This document shows, piece by piece, positions 1 to 9,250 of a stretch of DNA of 14,165 nt. The notes below the pieces were generated by a model. That model was not told the DNA's origin, searched no databases, and saw nothing but the letters and a program-made list of their open reading frames with translations. This DNA comes from Candidatus Fervidifonticultor quintus. GTDB taxonomy: Bacteria > Sysuimicrobiota > Sysuimicrobiia > Sysuimicrobiales > Humicultoraceae. Each line of letters opens with the position of its first letter. Position 1 is the first letter of the stretch. The position numbers and the translations under genes are program-made. The DNA lies in NCBI GenBank assembly GCA_031459535.1, contig JAVKIJ010000079.1, positions 1-14,165 on the forward strand, read 5' to 3'.

Positions 1-855
1 TTTAATGTCTGAGTACGGGCTCAGCGAGGAGCAGGCCCGCGGGTTCATCCAGGCGCTGGAGGCTGAGGGGGAGGCGGCTAAGGCTGCCGCCATGATGCGC
101 TGTGCCTCTGCGATCTCATCGTAAGTGCCCACATCAATGTACCAACCGTGCCGAAAGTGATGCCCTACCACGCGCAGCCCTCGGGCCAGACTGGCGTCAA
201 TCACGTCCCCAAAGACCAGCTCGCGCTTTTCGTCCGATGGCGTCCAGCCTTCACGGGTTGAGTGGAGGAGGTCGGTGAACGCAGGGCCCCACACCGCAAG
301 CCCCCACATCAGGCGCAACAATGTGTGAGCGGGCTTGTCCACGTGGGCGCGCACACGGCCGGTCCTGTCTACGTCCACCATTCCGAATTTCCAGGGCCGG
401 GTGGTGGTAAAGAGGCCTAGGGTCAGATCAGCCCGACGCGAGGCATGGACTTCCGCCAGCGTCTTTAAGGCATCCGGAGGATGGAAAACCGTGTCCGGCA
501 TTCCGAACAGGACTGTTGCCTGTCCCATCCAGGGGTACGCGAGATCGATGGCATGGACCATTCCTTCAGGCTCCTCCTGGAACAGGTAGGCGATGCGAGT
601 GCCAAACCGGGTTCCAGCCCCGTAGTAGCGCACGATGTCAAACTTGCGGTCGCCCACGACCATGTAAATCGCGGCGGCGCCCGCCCTCGCCATAGCCTCG
701 ACCACGTACTGGCTGACCACCTTGGGCCGACGGTGAACCTCCCCGTCGACCGCATAGGGCTGCCACCCTATGGGAAACAGCTCCTTCGGACCCGGGTATG
801 GTGCGAGTCTGGAGCCCTTGCCCGCTGCCGGAATGACTCCGATCCGCCCGGTCAC
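1..855 (-). CDS. Sugar-phosphate nucleotidyltransferase (NTP_transferase family, divergent RmlA-like); 3'-partial, no stop in window
   Basis: Not in the ORF track; translated by hand from GTG at 855, which overlaps the GT4 stop as GTGA. Sequence: MTGRIGVIPAAGKGSRLAPYPGPKELFPIG...FGTRIAYLFQEEPEGMVHAID...LFGMPDTVF...FGMVDVD...VDKP...WYIDVGTYDEI. It has the GxGxRL-x6-PK signature, Q-x-x-P-x-G and the terminal DxGT motif. The frame is open for 285 codons to position 1. Confidence 0.9.
   Translation of the reverse strand, partial: MTGRIGVIPAAGKGSRLAPYPGPKELFPIGWQPYAVDGEVHRRPKVVSQYVVEAMARAGAAAIYMVVGDRKFDIVRYYGAGTRFGTRIAYLFQEEPEGMVHAIDLAYPWMGQATVLFGMPDTVFHPPDALKTLAEVHASRRADLTLGLFTTTRPWKFGMVDVDRTGRVRAHVDKPAHTLLRLMWGLAVWGPAFTDLLHSTREGWTPSDEKRELVFGDVIDASLARGLRVVGHHFRHGWYIDVGTYDEIAEAQRIMAAALAASPSASSAWMNPRACSSLSPYSDIK
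2..124 (+). CDS. Possible 3' end of a convergent gene or gene remnant (helical, Ala/Glu-rich peptide); 5'-partial
   Basis: Frame +2 reads LMSEYGLSEEQARGFIQALEAEGEAAKAAAMMRCASAISS*, with TAA at 122-124. The first ~30 codons look like a real amphipathic helix with mostly G/C-ending codons. It overlaps the nucleotidyltransferase tail. Confidence 0.35.
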   Translation, partial: LMSEYGLSEEQARGFIQALEAEGEAAKAAAMMRCASAISS

Positions 856-2204
856 AAGGCATCCCCCCGCCCCTCCCGGCTGCATGAGCCGACCGAGAGC
901 GGATCCCGCGCAGTCGAGGCGCGTTCCCGCACCGCTCGGTAGAGGGTCAGGAGTTCGTCCACGTGTGCATCCATCTTCCGCGGAGGAGACACTCGAGACG
1001 AATATTGGTCGACAAGCGCAGGCTCGGCCAGTACCGTCTCAATCTGTGCCCGTAGAGACGCGGGGTTCGCCGCCTCGAACAGCAGGCCGTTGAACCCGTG
1101 GTGCACGTATTCGGGAATCGCCCCGACGTCTGCTCCAATGATAGGCAGACCGGCCGCCTGAGCTTCCAATCCCACCAGGCAGATAGTTTCCTGCATGATG
1201 GAGGGTAAAATGAGCACGTCTATTCTGTCCAGGATCTGCGGGAGGTCCCGCTGGTCATAGCCGCCGTGGAACACGGCGCCCGGGTGGCAACCGGACAGAT
1301 TCAAAAGATAGCGGCGATCTTCAGGGCGGACCGATCCGAAGAAGTGGAACTCCGCAAGGTCGGGTGCGACCCCGCGCATGGCTGCGGCCAGCACGTGCGC
1401 TCCCTTGAACGGACTCACCCGGCCCACGAAACCGAACCGGATCGGGTACCCCGTGAACCTGCGCTGCCGCCACTGGATCCGGTCAAGGGTTGGGGTGGAG
1501 ATGGGTACGACCGATATCCTGTCAGCCGGATAACCGTGAGCCACGTACATGCGTTTGGCGAATTCAGACACGGCCAGCAACGCCGAGGCAGCCAGCAGGG
1601 ATTGCCGATAGGATCTCTCCCGGGCAGCAAAGACCTGTGCCAGGGCCTCCACGGACGGTGACATTCGAAGGTGCCCATCGCTTGAAAATGGGCGCGAGAC
1701 AAATTGCGAACTCTTCCCTCCCGCTGCAGCCCGATACACCCTGGCCGCGGACTGCAACACAGGAACAACGACAGTCCGCGCGCCTGCCGGCAAGGCAGCC
1801 AGGAGCCGATCCGCCCTACCGTGGGGATCATGGGACCCGCAGTACCGCGCGCAGTTTACTCCTCCTTCAGAACCCCAGCAAGGCTGCAAGTCCGGCCGGA
1901 CGAGCACCAACCGCCGGCAGAACGATGCGAAATCATGGAGTGTGACGATGACGGGCGCACCTAAAGAACCCAGCACCGCTCCAAAGGTTGGTGGGAGGTC
2001 GCGCAGGTCGTGAATGTGGATGATGTCTGGCGTGGTGGCGCGGATGCCGCCGACAAGCGCCGCCAAACTCCCTGTTCTGGCCGTGCACAAGTGGCGCACG
2101 TCATATCCCTGAGCGGCCAGATAGGCTGCGAGGCCAGAAACATACACCGACACTCCCGTCCGAATACCGGAATAGTTGTCCGCAGAAATGAGAGCCACTC
2201 TCAT
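852..2204 (-). CDS. Glycosyltransferase family 4 (GT-B, retaining), 450 aa, with a four-Cys insert
   Basis: Start moved to ATG 2204 (MRVALISADN), which overlaps the GT2 stop as ATGA. Motifs: PDIIHIH, VIVTLHDF, FGFVGRVSPFKGAHVL, the E-x7-E motif ETICLVGLE, and GAIPEYVHHGFNGLLF. Confidence 0.93.
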   Translation of the reverse strand: MRVALISADNYSGIRTGVSVYVSGLAAYLAAQGYDVRHLCTARTGSLAALVGGIRATTPDIIHIHDLRDLPPTFGAVLGSLGAPVIVTLHDFASFCRRLVLVRPDLQPCWGSEGGVNCARYCGSHDPHGRADRLLAALPAGARTVVVPVLQSAARVYRAAAGGKSSQFVSRPFSSDGHLRMSPSVEALAQVFAARERSYRQSLLAASALLAVSEFAKRMYVAHGYPADRISVVPISTPTLDRIQWRQRRFTGYPIRFGFVGRVSPFKGAHVLAAAMRGVAPDLAEFHFFGSVRPEDRRYLLNLSGCHPGAVFHGGYDQRDLPQILDRIDVLILPSIMQETICLVGLEAQAAGLPIIGADVGAIPEYVHHGFNGLLFEAANPASLRAQIETVLAEPALVDQYSSRVSPPRKMDAHVDELLTLYRAVRERASTARDPLSVGSCSREGRGDAL

Positions 2205-3397
2205 GGTTGTTTCACGAAAGACCGGTTTGGTACTTTCGCGCGCCGGAGCCTCGTGAGCTTCGACCGCATCCCACGGTAAATACTTGTCGGGTCCATAGCC
2301 GCAGCTCTCGCCAGGTGGGCGAAAGACCTGTCCCACCGGTGCTCCTTCCCCACGAGCCAGGAGAGCACGAGGTGGAACGTCGCCCACGCTCGGCGGATCC
2401 TGAGCGGGTCGGTGATAATGTCGCCACGAGAACAGATCTCCGCTATCATTCGCCGCACCATGCTGAGGCTTTCCTCCAACGCAGACAGCCCCATTCCGGG
2501 ACCCCTGTAGCCCAAGGGACGTAGGCCGTAACTGATGGACATGTAAAACTGAGGGTCTTCGAGGAGCCGCGGGCGCAAGCGGAGACCTTCGATCACCAAG
2601 CCCAGGCCAGATTCCCACTCGCCGACTACAATCCTCCCGACGCCGTTGGAGATCAATATGCGGCTGCGTGTCCGGATTCTGTTTTCGTCGCTCCACTGAT
2701 CTGGCGGAATCACCCTATCCAATTTCTCTAGCACTCTGAACTGATTTTCCAGACATTCCTCAAGGTTGCCACCCAGGTTGGTTGAGTGAAGACGCTTGTG
2801 TACGAGCACTTCGGGGATGTTCGCGAACGTATAGCCCGCCATAACGAGGCGAACGCAAAAATCCCAGTCCTCGCACGCCCGCAGGCTCGGGTCGAACATC
2901 CCAGCCTTCTCGATACACGACCTGGGAATCATCATCGCCGATGGAGCCACCCAGCACTCCTCCGGGCATCTGGTCAGGACATCACCGTTAACAATGATCC
3001 GCCGGGGTTCCTCTGGAAGGAGGTTCCTCGCCTGGTCCACGTAGGCACACAAGCAGTAGGCGACCGCATCGGGATCTGTGACTAAGGCACCGACCTGCCG
3101 CTCCAATTTCTGTGGCAGCCAGATGTCATCGTCATCCAAGAAGGCGATGTACTCCCCACGGCTGTGAGCTATTCCAGTGTTCCTGGCTGCACCCGCCCCT
3201 TGGTTGGGCTGGTAGAGGTACCTCACAGGAGGGCCGTACGCCAGGACCCGTTCACGAGTGTCATCCGTGGAGCCGTCGTCCACCACAATGATCTCAGAAT
3301 GTGGCCACGACTGGTTTAAGGCGCTCTGGATCGCATCGTCGAGGAACTGTCCCCGATTGTGGGTAGGGATAATGACGCTGACCAGAGGATTTTTCAC
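2201..3397 (-). CDS. Glycosyltransferase family 2 (GT-A), 398 aa, with a helical C-terminal extension
   Basis: Start moved to GTG 3397, with GGAGGG 5 nt upstream. Motifs: PLVSVIIPTHNR, EIIVVDDGSTD, NQGAGAARNTG, YIAFLDDDDIW (DxD) and CEDWDF. Confidence 0.95.
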   Translation of the reverse strand: MKNPLVSVIIPTHNRGQFLDDAIQSALNQSWPHSEIIVVDDGSTDDTRERVLAYGPPVRYLYQPNQGAGAARNTGIAHSRGEYIAFLDDDDIWLPQKLERQVGALVTDPDAVAYCLCAYVDQARNLLPEEPRRIIVNGDVLTRCPEECWVAPSAMMIPRSCIEKAGMFDPSLRACEDWDFCVRLVMAGYTFANIPEVLVHKRLHSTNLGGNLEECLENQFRVLEKLDRVIPPDQWSDENRIRTRSRILISNGVGRIVVGEWESGLGLVIEGLRLRPRLLEDPQFYMSISYGLRPLGYRGPGMGLSALEESLSMVRRMIAEICSRGDIITDPLRIRRAWATFHLVLSWLVGKEHRWDRSFAHLARAAAMDPTSIYRGMRSKLTRLRRAKVPNRSFVKQP

Positions 3398-3402
3398 GGC
3401 CG

Positions 3403-3408
3403 CCCTCC
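3403..3408 (-). promoter_or_regulatory. Ribosome-binding site (GGAGGG) of the GT2 gene
   Basis: GGAGGG lies 5 nt upstream of GTG 3397. Confidence 0.7.
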
Positions 3409-3453
3409 GAACGTCCGCCTTCCTGCCCCTGTCACGTCCACCGCAAGCAGTTG

Positions 3454-4286
3454 TTATCCCTTGCCGATGTGAACCATCCAAATTCCTGTAGCCTTCCAGA
3501 GGACATAACGGAACTTCTGAATATACAACGGGAGACCCCTGACGCGCCTGTATGCTGAACCCGCATCCGTTCGAAGCCCGAGGCCCACCAACGCGATATG
3601 CCACCGCATCCCGTTGAATCTCGCCACGCCACCAGAGAGATGATGAGGGTAGTCATCGTTACGGAAGGAACTCGCCTTTTGAACAAGGACCCCCCCGAAG
3701 CGCATGGCGCGAACCAGTCGGCGGGCCGTCCCGAGAGGATCAGGCAGATGCTCAAAGACGTCAAAACACAAGATCATGTCATAAACATTCTGCAACACCG
3801 GAAGAAATGACCGTACGGGAATGATGGAGGCTCGCATGCCCCTTCGGGCAAACCGATGCCGGGCGAACTGGAGCGTGGGGCCATCCACGTCCATCAGGGT
3901 CACCTCATACCCCCGGCTGGCAAGAAATAAAGAGTCAGTACCTATTCCGCAGCCGAAGTCCAGAACCCGCTGATATCCAGCGTGTGGCGGAAACCTGTCA
4001 GTTACCTCCTGAAGGATCTGCCAGTAAGGCATCCGAGCTTCACTCGCATGCCACTGCATGAGCTCCCAGATATACAAGTCCGTTGTGGCATAAAAAGCCA
4101 GGATTTCCTCGGGCATCTTAGGATCTGCTCTCCTCCACGCTTCAGCCAGCTCGCGCGGGGAGTAGGATCTCAGGCGCCTCAGGCACTCCTCTCTCGGCAT
4201 GCCGGTAAAACTAGCCAGGTCGTCCAAATCGTCCTCGGTAAGGTAGACTGGATCGAACCTCGGGGCGACAGTTGCCGCGGGCGGCG

Positions 4287-4296
<10 letters not shown>
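3454..4296 (-). CDS. Class I SAM-dependent methyltransferase, 280 aa
   Basis: ATG 4296 has GGGAGGT 6 nt upstream and overlaps the wzt end by 10 nt. Motif I is RVLDFGCGIG, followed by VTLMDVD and YDMILCFDVFEHLPDP. Confidence 0.92.
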
Positions 4297-5543
<1,247 letters not shown>

Positions 5544-5544
5544 A

Positions 5545-6369
5545 TCAGATCGCGTCGGCGAAATCCGGCTCCAGACTCTTGAAAAGCAGATAGCCCGCCA
5601 CGAGGACGGCCGCCGACCCGAGGGCGCTGGACAGGACAAGCGATGGATCGGGCAGACGTCCTCCGGCCACAGCCTGGCGGATCGCCTCCAGCGCCCCCGC
5701 CGCCGGATTGGCAGCCACATACAGGACCTGCCATCGCTCGGGTACCAGACCCAGCGGGTAGGCCACCGGGCTGGCGAACATCCACAGTTGCAGCAGGAGC
5801 GGCACCACGTAGCGGAAGTCCCGGTAGTACACGGTCAGCGCTCCCAGCCCCAGAGCTGCGCCGGTAGCCAGGGCCGCCAGAAGGAGCCACAGAGGGACCA
5901 CCAGCAGGACAGTCCAGGAGACCAGGGTGCCCAGCCAGGGTCCGAGCGCGGCCAGCAACAGGAGCCCCACGGCGAAGTCCAGACCGGCACCGAGCACGGC
6001 ACCCACGATGGGCGCCTCGCGGGGGAAGTAGATCTTGCGCAGCAGGGCGGCATCCCCCAGCAAGGCCAGAGCCCCGAAGCTCACGGCCGTCTGCAGGAAG
6101 AACCAGGGCACCAGCGCGGCCAGGGTCGACGCCGCGTAGCTGGCCCCTCCGCCGGCAATGCCTGAGAGCCTCCCGAAGACGACGCTGAAGATGAGCAAGA
6201 ACGACAGCGGCTGCAGCACCACCCACAGGACGCCCAGGACAGCCTGCTTGTACTTGACCCGGACGTCCCGTTCCGCAAACGCCAGCACCACCTCTCGGAA
6301 CGCCCACAGTTCCCGCAGGGCCTGCCCCAGCGGCTGCCGCTTCCGCCCTTCAACGACCAGCTCCACCAT
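5545..6369 (-). CDS. wzm: Polysaccharide ABC exporter permease (ABC-2 type), ~274 aa
   Basis: Motifs RDVRVKYKQAVLGVLWVVLQP, LLRKIYFPRE, YRDFRY, SPVAYP and a terminal FAD, with about 6 hydrophobic segments. ATG 6369 is preferred because GGAGG lies 6 nt upstream; GTG 6372 is the alternative start. Confidence 0.95.
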   Translation of the reverse strand: MVELVVEGRKRQPLGQALRELWAFREVVLAFAERDVRVKYKQAVLGVLWVVLQPLSFLLIFSVVFGRLSGIAGGGASYAASTLAALVPWFFLQTAVSFGALALLGDAALLRKIYFPREAPIVGAVLGAGLDFAVGLLLLAALGPWLGTLVSWTVLLVVPLWLLLAALATGAALGLGALTVYYRDFRYVVPLLLQLWMFASPVAYPLGLVPERWQVLYVAANPAAGALEAIRQAVAGGRLPDPSLVLSSALGSAAVLVAGYLLFKSLEPDFADAI

Positions 6370-7700
6370 CACGAGCCTCCCCCATCCACGCGAGCCGCCG
6401 CGGGGACCGCCACCTCCGCCTCCGGCACCGGCGTGGACGGGCCGACGTAGGTGAAGCCGTGGTCCGCAGCGCGGCGCACCCCCGCGAGTCCCCGGCCGTC
6501 CACCACCATCCTCCGGCCGACCAGACTTCCCATCCGCTCCCAGTCCAGCACCTCGAACTGGGGCCAGTCCGTCAGGATGAGCACCGCCTCGGCGCCTCGC
6601 GCCGCCTCGTACGGGGTCGGGCAGCAGACCATCGCCGGCACGGCGCGCGCGGCCTCTGCCTCAGCGGCCGGGTCAAACGCCCGGACCACCGCCCCGCGAT
6701 TCAACAGAGCGCGCACCACCGCCAGCGCCGGCGACTCGCGTACATCGCTGGTCCCGCCCTTGAAGGCCAGTCCCAGAACGGCCACCGCCTTGCCGGCCAG
6801 ACCACCCACCAGCCGGTCCACGCGTTCTGCGAAACGGGCCGGCTGGGTTGCGTTGACCTCCATAACGCTCTCCAGAAGCGCAGGCCGCACTCCCCGGGCG
6901 CGGGCGGTGGACACAAGCGCCCGGAGGTCCTTGGGCAGGCATGATCCGCCGAACCCGATTCCGGCCCGGAGGTAGTGCGGGCCGATCCGGGGGTCCAGAC
7001 CCATGCCCTCGGCCACAGCCGCCACGTCCACCCCCACCGCCTCGCACAGGGCGGCAATCTCGTTGACGAACGATACTTTGGTCGCCAGGAACGCATTGGA
7101 TGCATGCTTGATCATCTCGGCGGTCGCAGGGTCGGTGACCAGGATCGGACAGTCCAGCTGCTCGTACAACGCGCGAAGGACTGCAACGGCCCGGGCGCTG
7201 TGGCTGCCGATGACGATCCGGAAGGGACGGAAGAAATCGCGGACAGCCGAGCCCTCTCGCAGGAACTCGGGGTTGCAGGCGACCGCCGTCAGGAGGCCGC
7301 GGCGCCGCAGTTCCCGCTCGAGACGGGCGGTGGTCCCCACCGGCACCGTGCTTTTCAGGGCCAGAACGCCGCCGAAGGACAGGGCGGCCAGGGTGTCCAC
7401 CACCTCGTCCACCGCCGACAGGTCCGGCTCTCCTCCCGGGCCGGGAGGCGTGCCCACGGCTACGAAGACGACCTCGTCGTCTCTCACCGCAGCCAGGTCG
7501 GCGACAAGGCGCAGGCGGCGGGTCAGCTGTCGGTGCAGCAGGTCGGCCAGGCCGGGCTCATGAAAAGGCGGCCGGCCTTCCTGCAAGGCGGCCAGCCGCC
7601 CGGGGTCGCGCTCCACGCAGGTGACCTGGTGACCCATTTCGGCCAGGCATGCCGCGACGGTCGTCCCCACGTACCCCGCGCCGATCACGCCGACGTTCAT
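6369..7700 (-). CDS. ugd: UDP-glucose 6-dehydrogenase (UDP-glucose/GDP-mannose dehydrogenase family), 443 aa
   Basis: Start moved to ATG 7700 (MNVGVIGAGYVG, Rossmann motif). Further motifs: FVAVGTP, KSTVPVGT, NPEFLREG, AEMIKHASNAFLATKVSFVNE, catalytic GFGGSCLPKD and GLAFK...DVRESP. Confidence 0.93.
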   Translation of the reverse strand: MNVGVIGAGYVGTTVAACLAEMGHQVTCVERDPGRLAALQEGRPPFHEPGLADLLHRQLTRRLRLVADLAAVRDDEVVFVAVGTPPGPGGEPDLSAVDEVVDTLAALSFGGVLALKSTVPVGTTARLERELRRRGLLTAVACNPEFLREGSAVRDFFRPFRIVIGSHSARAVAVLRALYEQLDCPILVTDPATAEMIKHASNAFLATKVSFVNEIAALCEAVGVDVAAVAEGMGLDPRIGPHYLRAGIGFGGSCLPKDLRALVSTARARGVRPALLESVMEVNATQPARFAERVDRLVGGLAGKAVAVLGLAFKGGTSDVRESPALAVVRALLNRGAVVRAFDPAAEAEAARAVPAMVCCPTPYEAARGAEAVLILTDWPQFEVLDWERMGSLVGRRMVVDGRGLAGVRRAADHGFTYVGPSTPVPEAEVAVPAAARVDGGGS

Positions 7701-7873
7701 GGTGCCCCCGGCGCGCGAACGCCTTCGCGCACCCTGTAAAACTCCGGGTCGAAGTACTTGGCCCGGCAGGCGGCACACTGGGTGCCGTCTTCGCCCCGGG
7801 CGTGGGCGTCAAATCTTCGCTGCTGTTCGGGCGACATCTCCCAAAAACCCGTCACCGCCTCGAACTCGCACAT
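7697..7873 (-). CDS. Small hypothetical protein, 58 aa, with a C-x21-H-x8-CxxC putative zinc-binding motif
   Basis: Sequence: MCEFEAVTGFWEMSPEQQRRFDAHARGEDGTQCAACRAKYFDPEFYRVREGVRAPGAP*. It fills the gap between the wzy-like gene and ugd. ATG lies 13 nt after the upstream stop with GGTGGGGG 5 nt before it, the stop overlaps the ugd start as ATGA, and codons mostly end in G/C. Confidence 0.75.
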   Translation of the reverse strand: MCEFEAVTGFWEMSPEQQRRFDAHARGEDGTQCAACRAKYFDPEFYRVREGVRAPGAP

Positions 7874-7886
7874 GGCAACCCCCACC

Positions 7887-9248
7887 CTAGCCCCGGAGAG
7901 CCCTCGCCCCTCTGCTGCTCGCCCCAGCCGCCTCGTCCACCCCGGCACGGTGCAGGACCGCCAGCACCCCGGCCAGCAGGAAAAACACGCCGCCGGCCCG
8001 GGCTGCCGAGATGGAGGGACTGAAGATGCTGAAGACCGCGTAGGCCGCCAGTGCCAGCTGGAGGCCGCGCGCCAGGGACTGGGCGGACGGATCCCCGGCC
8101 CATACCCGCGCCTGGGCCGCCATCCGGAACAGCTGTCGGCCGAGGGTGAGGAACAGAGCCAGCCCGACCAGCCCGGTGTAGAACAGCTGGGTGGCGTACT
8201 CGCTGTCAATGGCGCCCAGGGGCCTGCTGGCCAGTCCAAAGCCCAACAGGGGCGAGTAGCCCAGGGCCAAAAGGCCGTGATACCCGGGAGGAATGACCCG
8301 CGAGAGTAGCGCCGCGCCCTGGGTGGCGCCCCCGGTGACGTCAGGCGTCAGCAGGTACTGCAGGGAGAGCAGTCGCTCGAGGACGTGCTCGGGGTACAGG
8401 TACCGGACGACCAGCCAGGGCACCGGCAGCAGTGCCAGCGCCCACCGTTGCTGGGTCAGGCCGACGTAGGCAATGACCAGTGCCGTCGTGGCCGTGAAGT
8501 TCCGTCCCAGCGTGAGGGGCAGGATGCCCAAGGAGAACAGCATCAGCACCGCCAGACCCGCCTTCAGGCCCCGGCTGGCGGCGGGAAACAGTCCCAACCC
8601 CAGGGCGACAATCAGCATCCCCGCCAGCCCGGGTTCGTGCACGGGAGATCCCGCGGGTGCCAGCGCCAAGTAGCGGGTGGAGAGGAAGGTCGCCAGCGCG
8701 AACACCTCCAGCCCCGCCAGCGACGCGAGGACCAGGTACGCGAAGCGACGCGCCTGGGCGACGGTCCCTAAGGTGTCTGCCAGGATCAAGAAAAGCAGGA
8801 CGAACTCAATCCGCTTGAGGACGTGGAACGGGCCGCTGAACAAGGGGTTGGTGGTGAAGAAATGCGCCGTGCCCAGCAACCCGCCCCAGACAGTGGCCAC
8901 CACGCCCACCGTGGCGTAGCCTACCAACAGTCGGTCCAGGGGCGTACCCCGGCGGTCCTGGTAAATCAACAGGTGCGCTGCCCAGCCGGCGACCAGGGGA
9001 ACCATCAGCAGGTCCTCGACGCGGACAGGGATGCCCAGCACGGGGATCTCCGGCGATAGTGCCACAGCCGGAGGGACCAGGTACAGAAGCAGCCGGCGGT
9101 TGGCCAACCCCAGCACCCCCACCGCAGTTGCGGCGGCTGCGACCGCCGCCTGGGGGAAAGGTTGTACCAGCACCACCAGGGCCAGGACAGCTCCCAGTCC
9201 CGCCGCCAGCAGCAGCGGCCTTCGGTCGGCTTCCGGCCACTCCAGCAT
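7887..9248 (-). CDS. Wzy_C-family polytopic membrane protein (polysaccharide polymerase or O-antigen-ligase-like), 453 aa
   Basis: About 11-12 hydrophobic segments. N-terminal IPVRVEDLL, TLGR in the usual (T/S)xSR position, and a late loop R...SPLLGFG...IDSEY...TGLVGL that matches the Wzy_C pattern. Starts 2 nt after the upstream stop. Confidence 0.75.
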   Translation of the reverse strand: MLEWPEADRRPLLLAAGLGAVLALVVLVQPFPQAAVAAAATAVGVLGLANRRLLLYLVPPAVALSPEIPVLGIPVRVEDLLMVPLVAGWAAHLLIYQDRRGTPLDRLLVGYATVGVVATVWGGLLGTAHFFTTNPLFSGPFHVLKRIEFVLLFLILADTLGTVAQARRFAYLVLASLAGLEVFALATFLSTRYLALAPAGSPVHEPGLAGMLIVALGLGLFPAASRGLKAGLAVLMLFSLGILPLTLGRNFTATTALVIAYVGLTQQRWALALLPVPWLVVRYLYPEHVLERLLSLQYLLTPDVTGGATQGAALLSRVIPPGYHGLLALGYSPLLGFGLASRPLGAIDSEYATQLFYTGLVGLALFLTLGRQLFRMAAQARVWAGDPSAQSLARGLQLALAAYAVFSIFSPSISAARAGGVFFLLAGVLAVLHRAGVDEAAGASSRGARALRG

Positions 9249-9250
9249 AC

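Noticed and set aside
2205..2696. 164-codon N-terminal extension of the GT4 ORF in the track (614 aa)
   Set aside because: It overlaps GT2 in another frame and is Arg/Pro-rich noise. The GT4 fold starts at MRVALIS with an ATGA coupling.
3398..3604. N-terminal extension of the GT2 ORF, and the 56-bp gap as a possible terminator or promoter
   Set aside because: There is a good SD plus GTG at 3397. I saw no convincing hairpin with a U-tract or promoter boxes in 3398-3453; the repeated GGACGT hexamer is too short to be significant.
7215..7625. Small deviations in Ugd motifs (CVERD for CVDID, PFRIV for PDRIV)
   Set aside because: The acidic NAD-binding residue and the catalytic Cys and Lys are retained, so this is within normal family variation.
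7874..8239. 180-aa ORF 7697..8239 as a whole
   Set aside because: The upstream two-thirds overlap the wzy-like gene out of frame; only the last 58 codons look coding.
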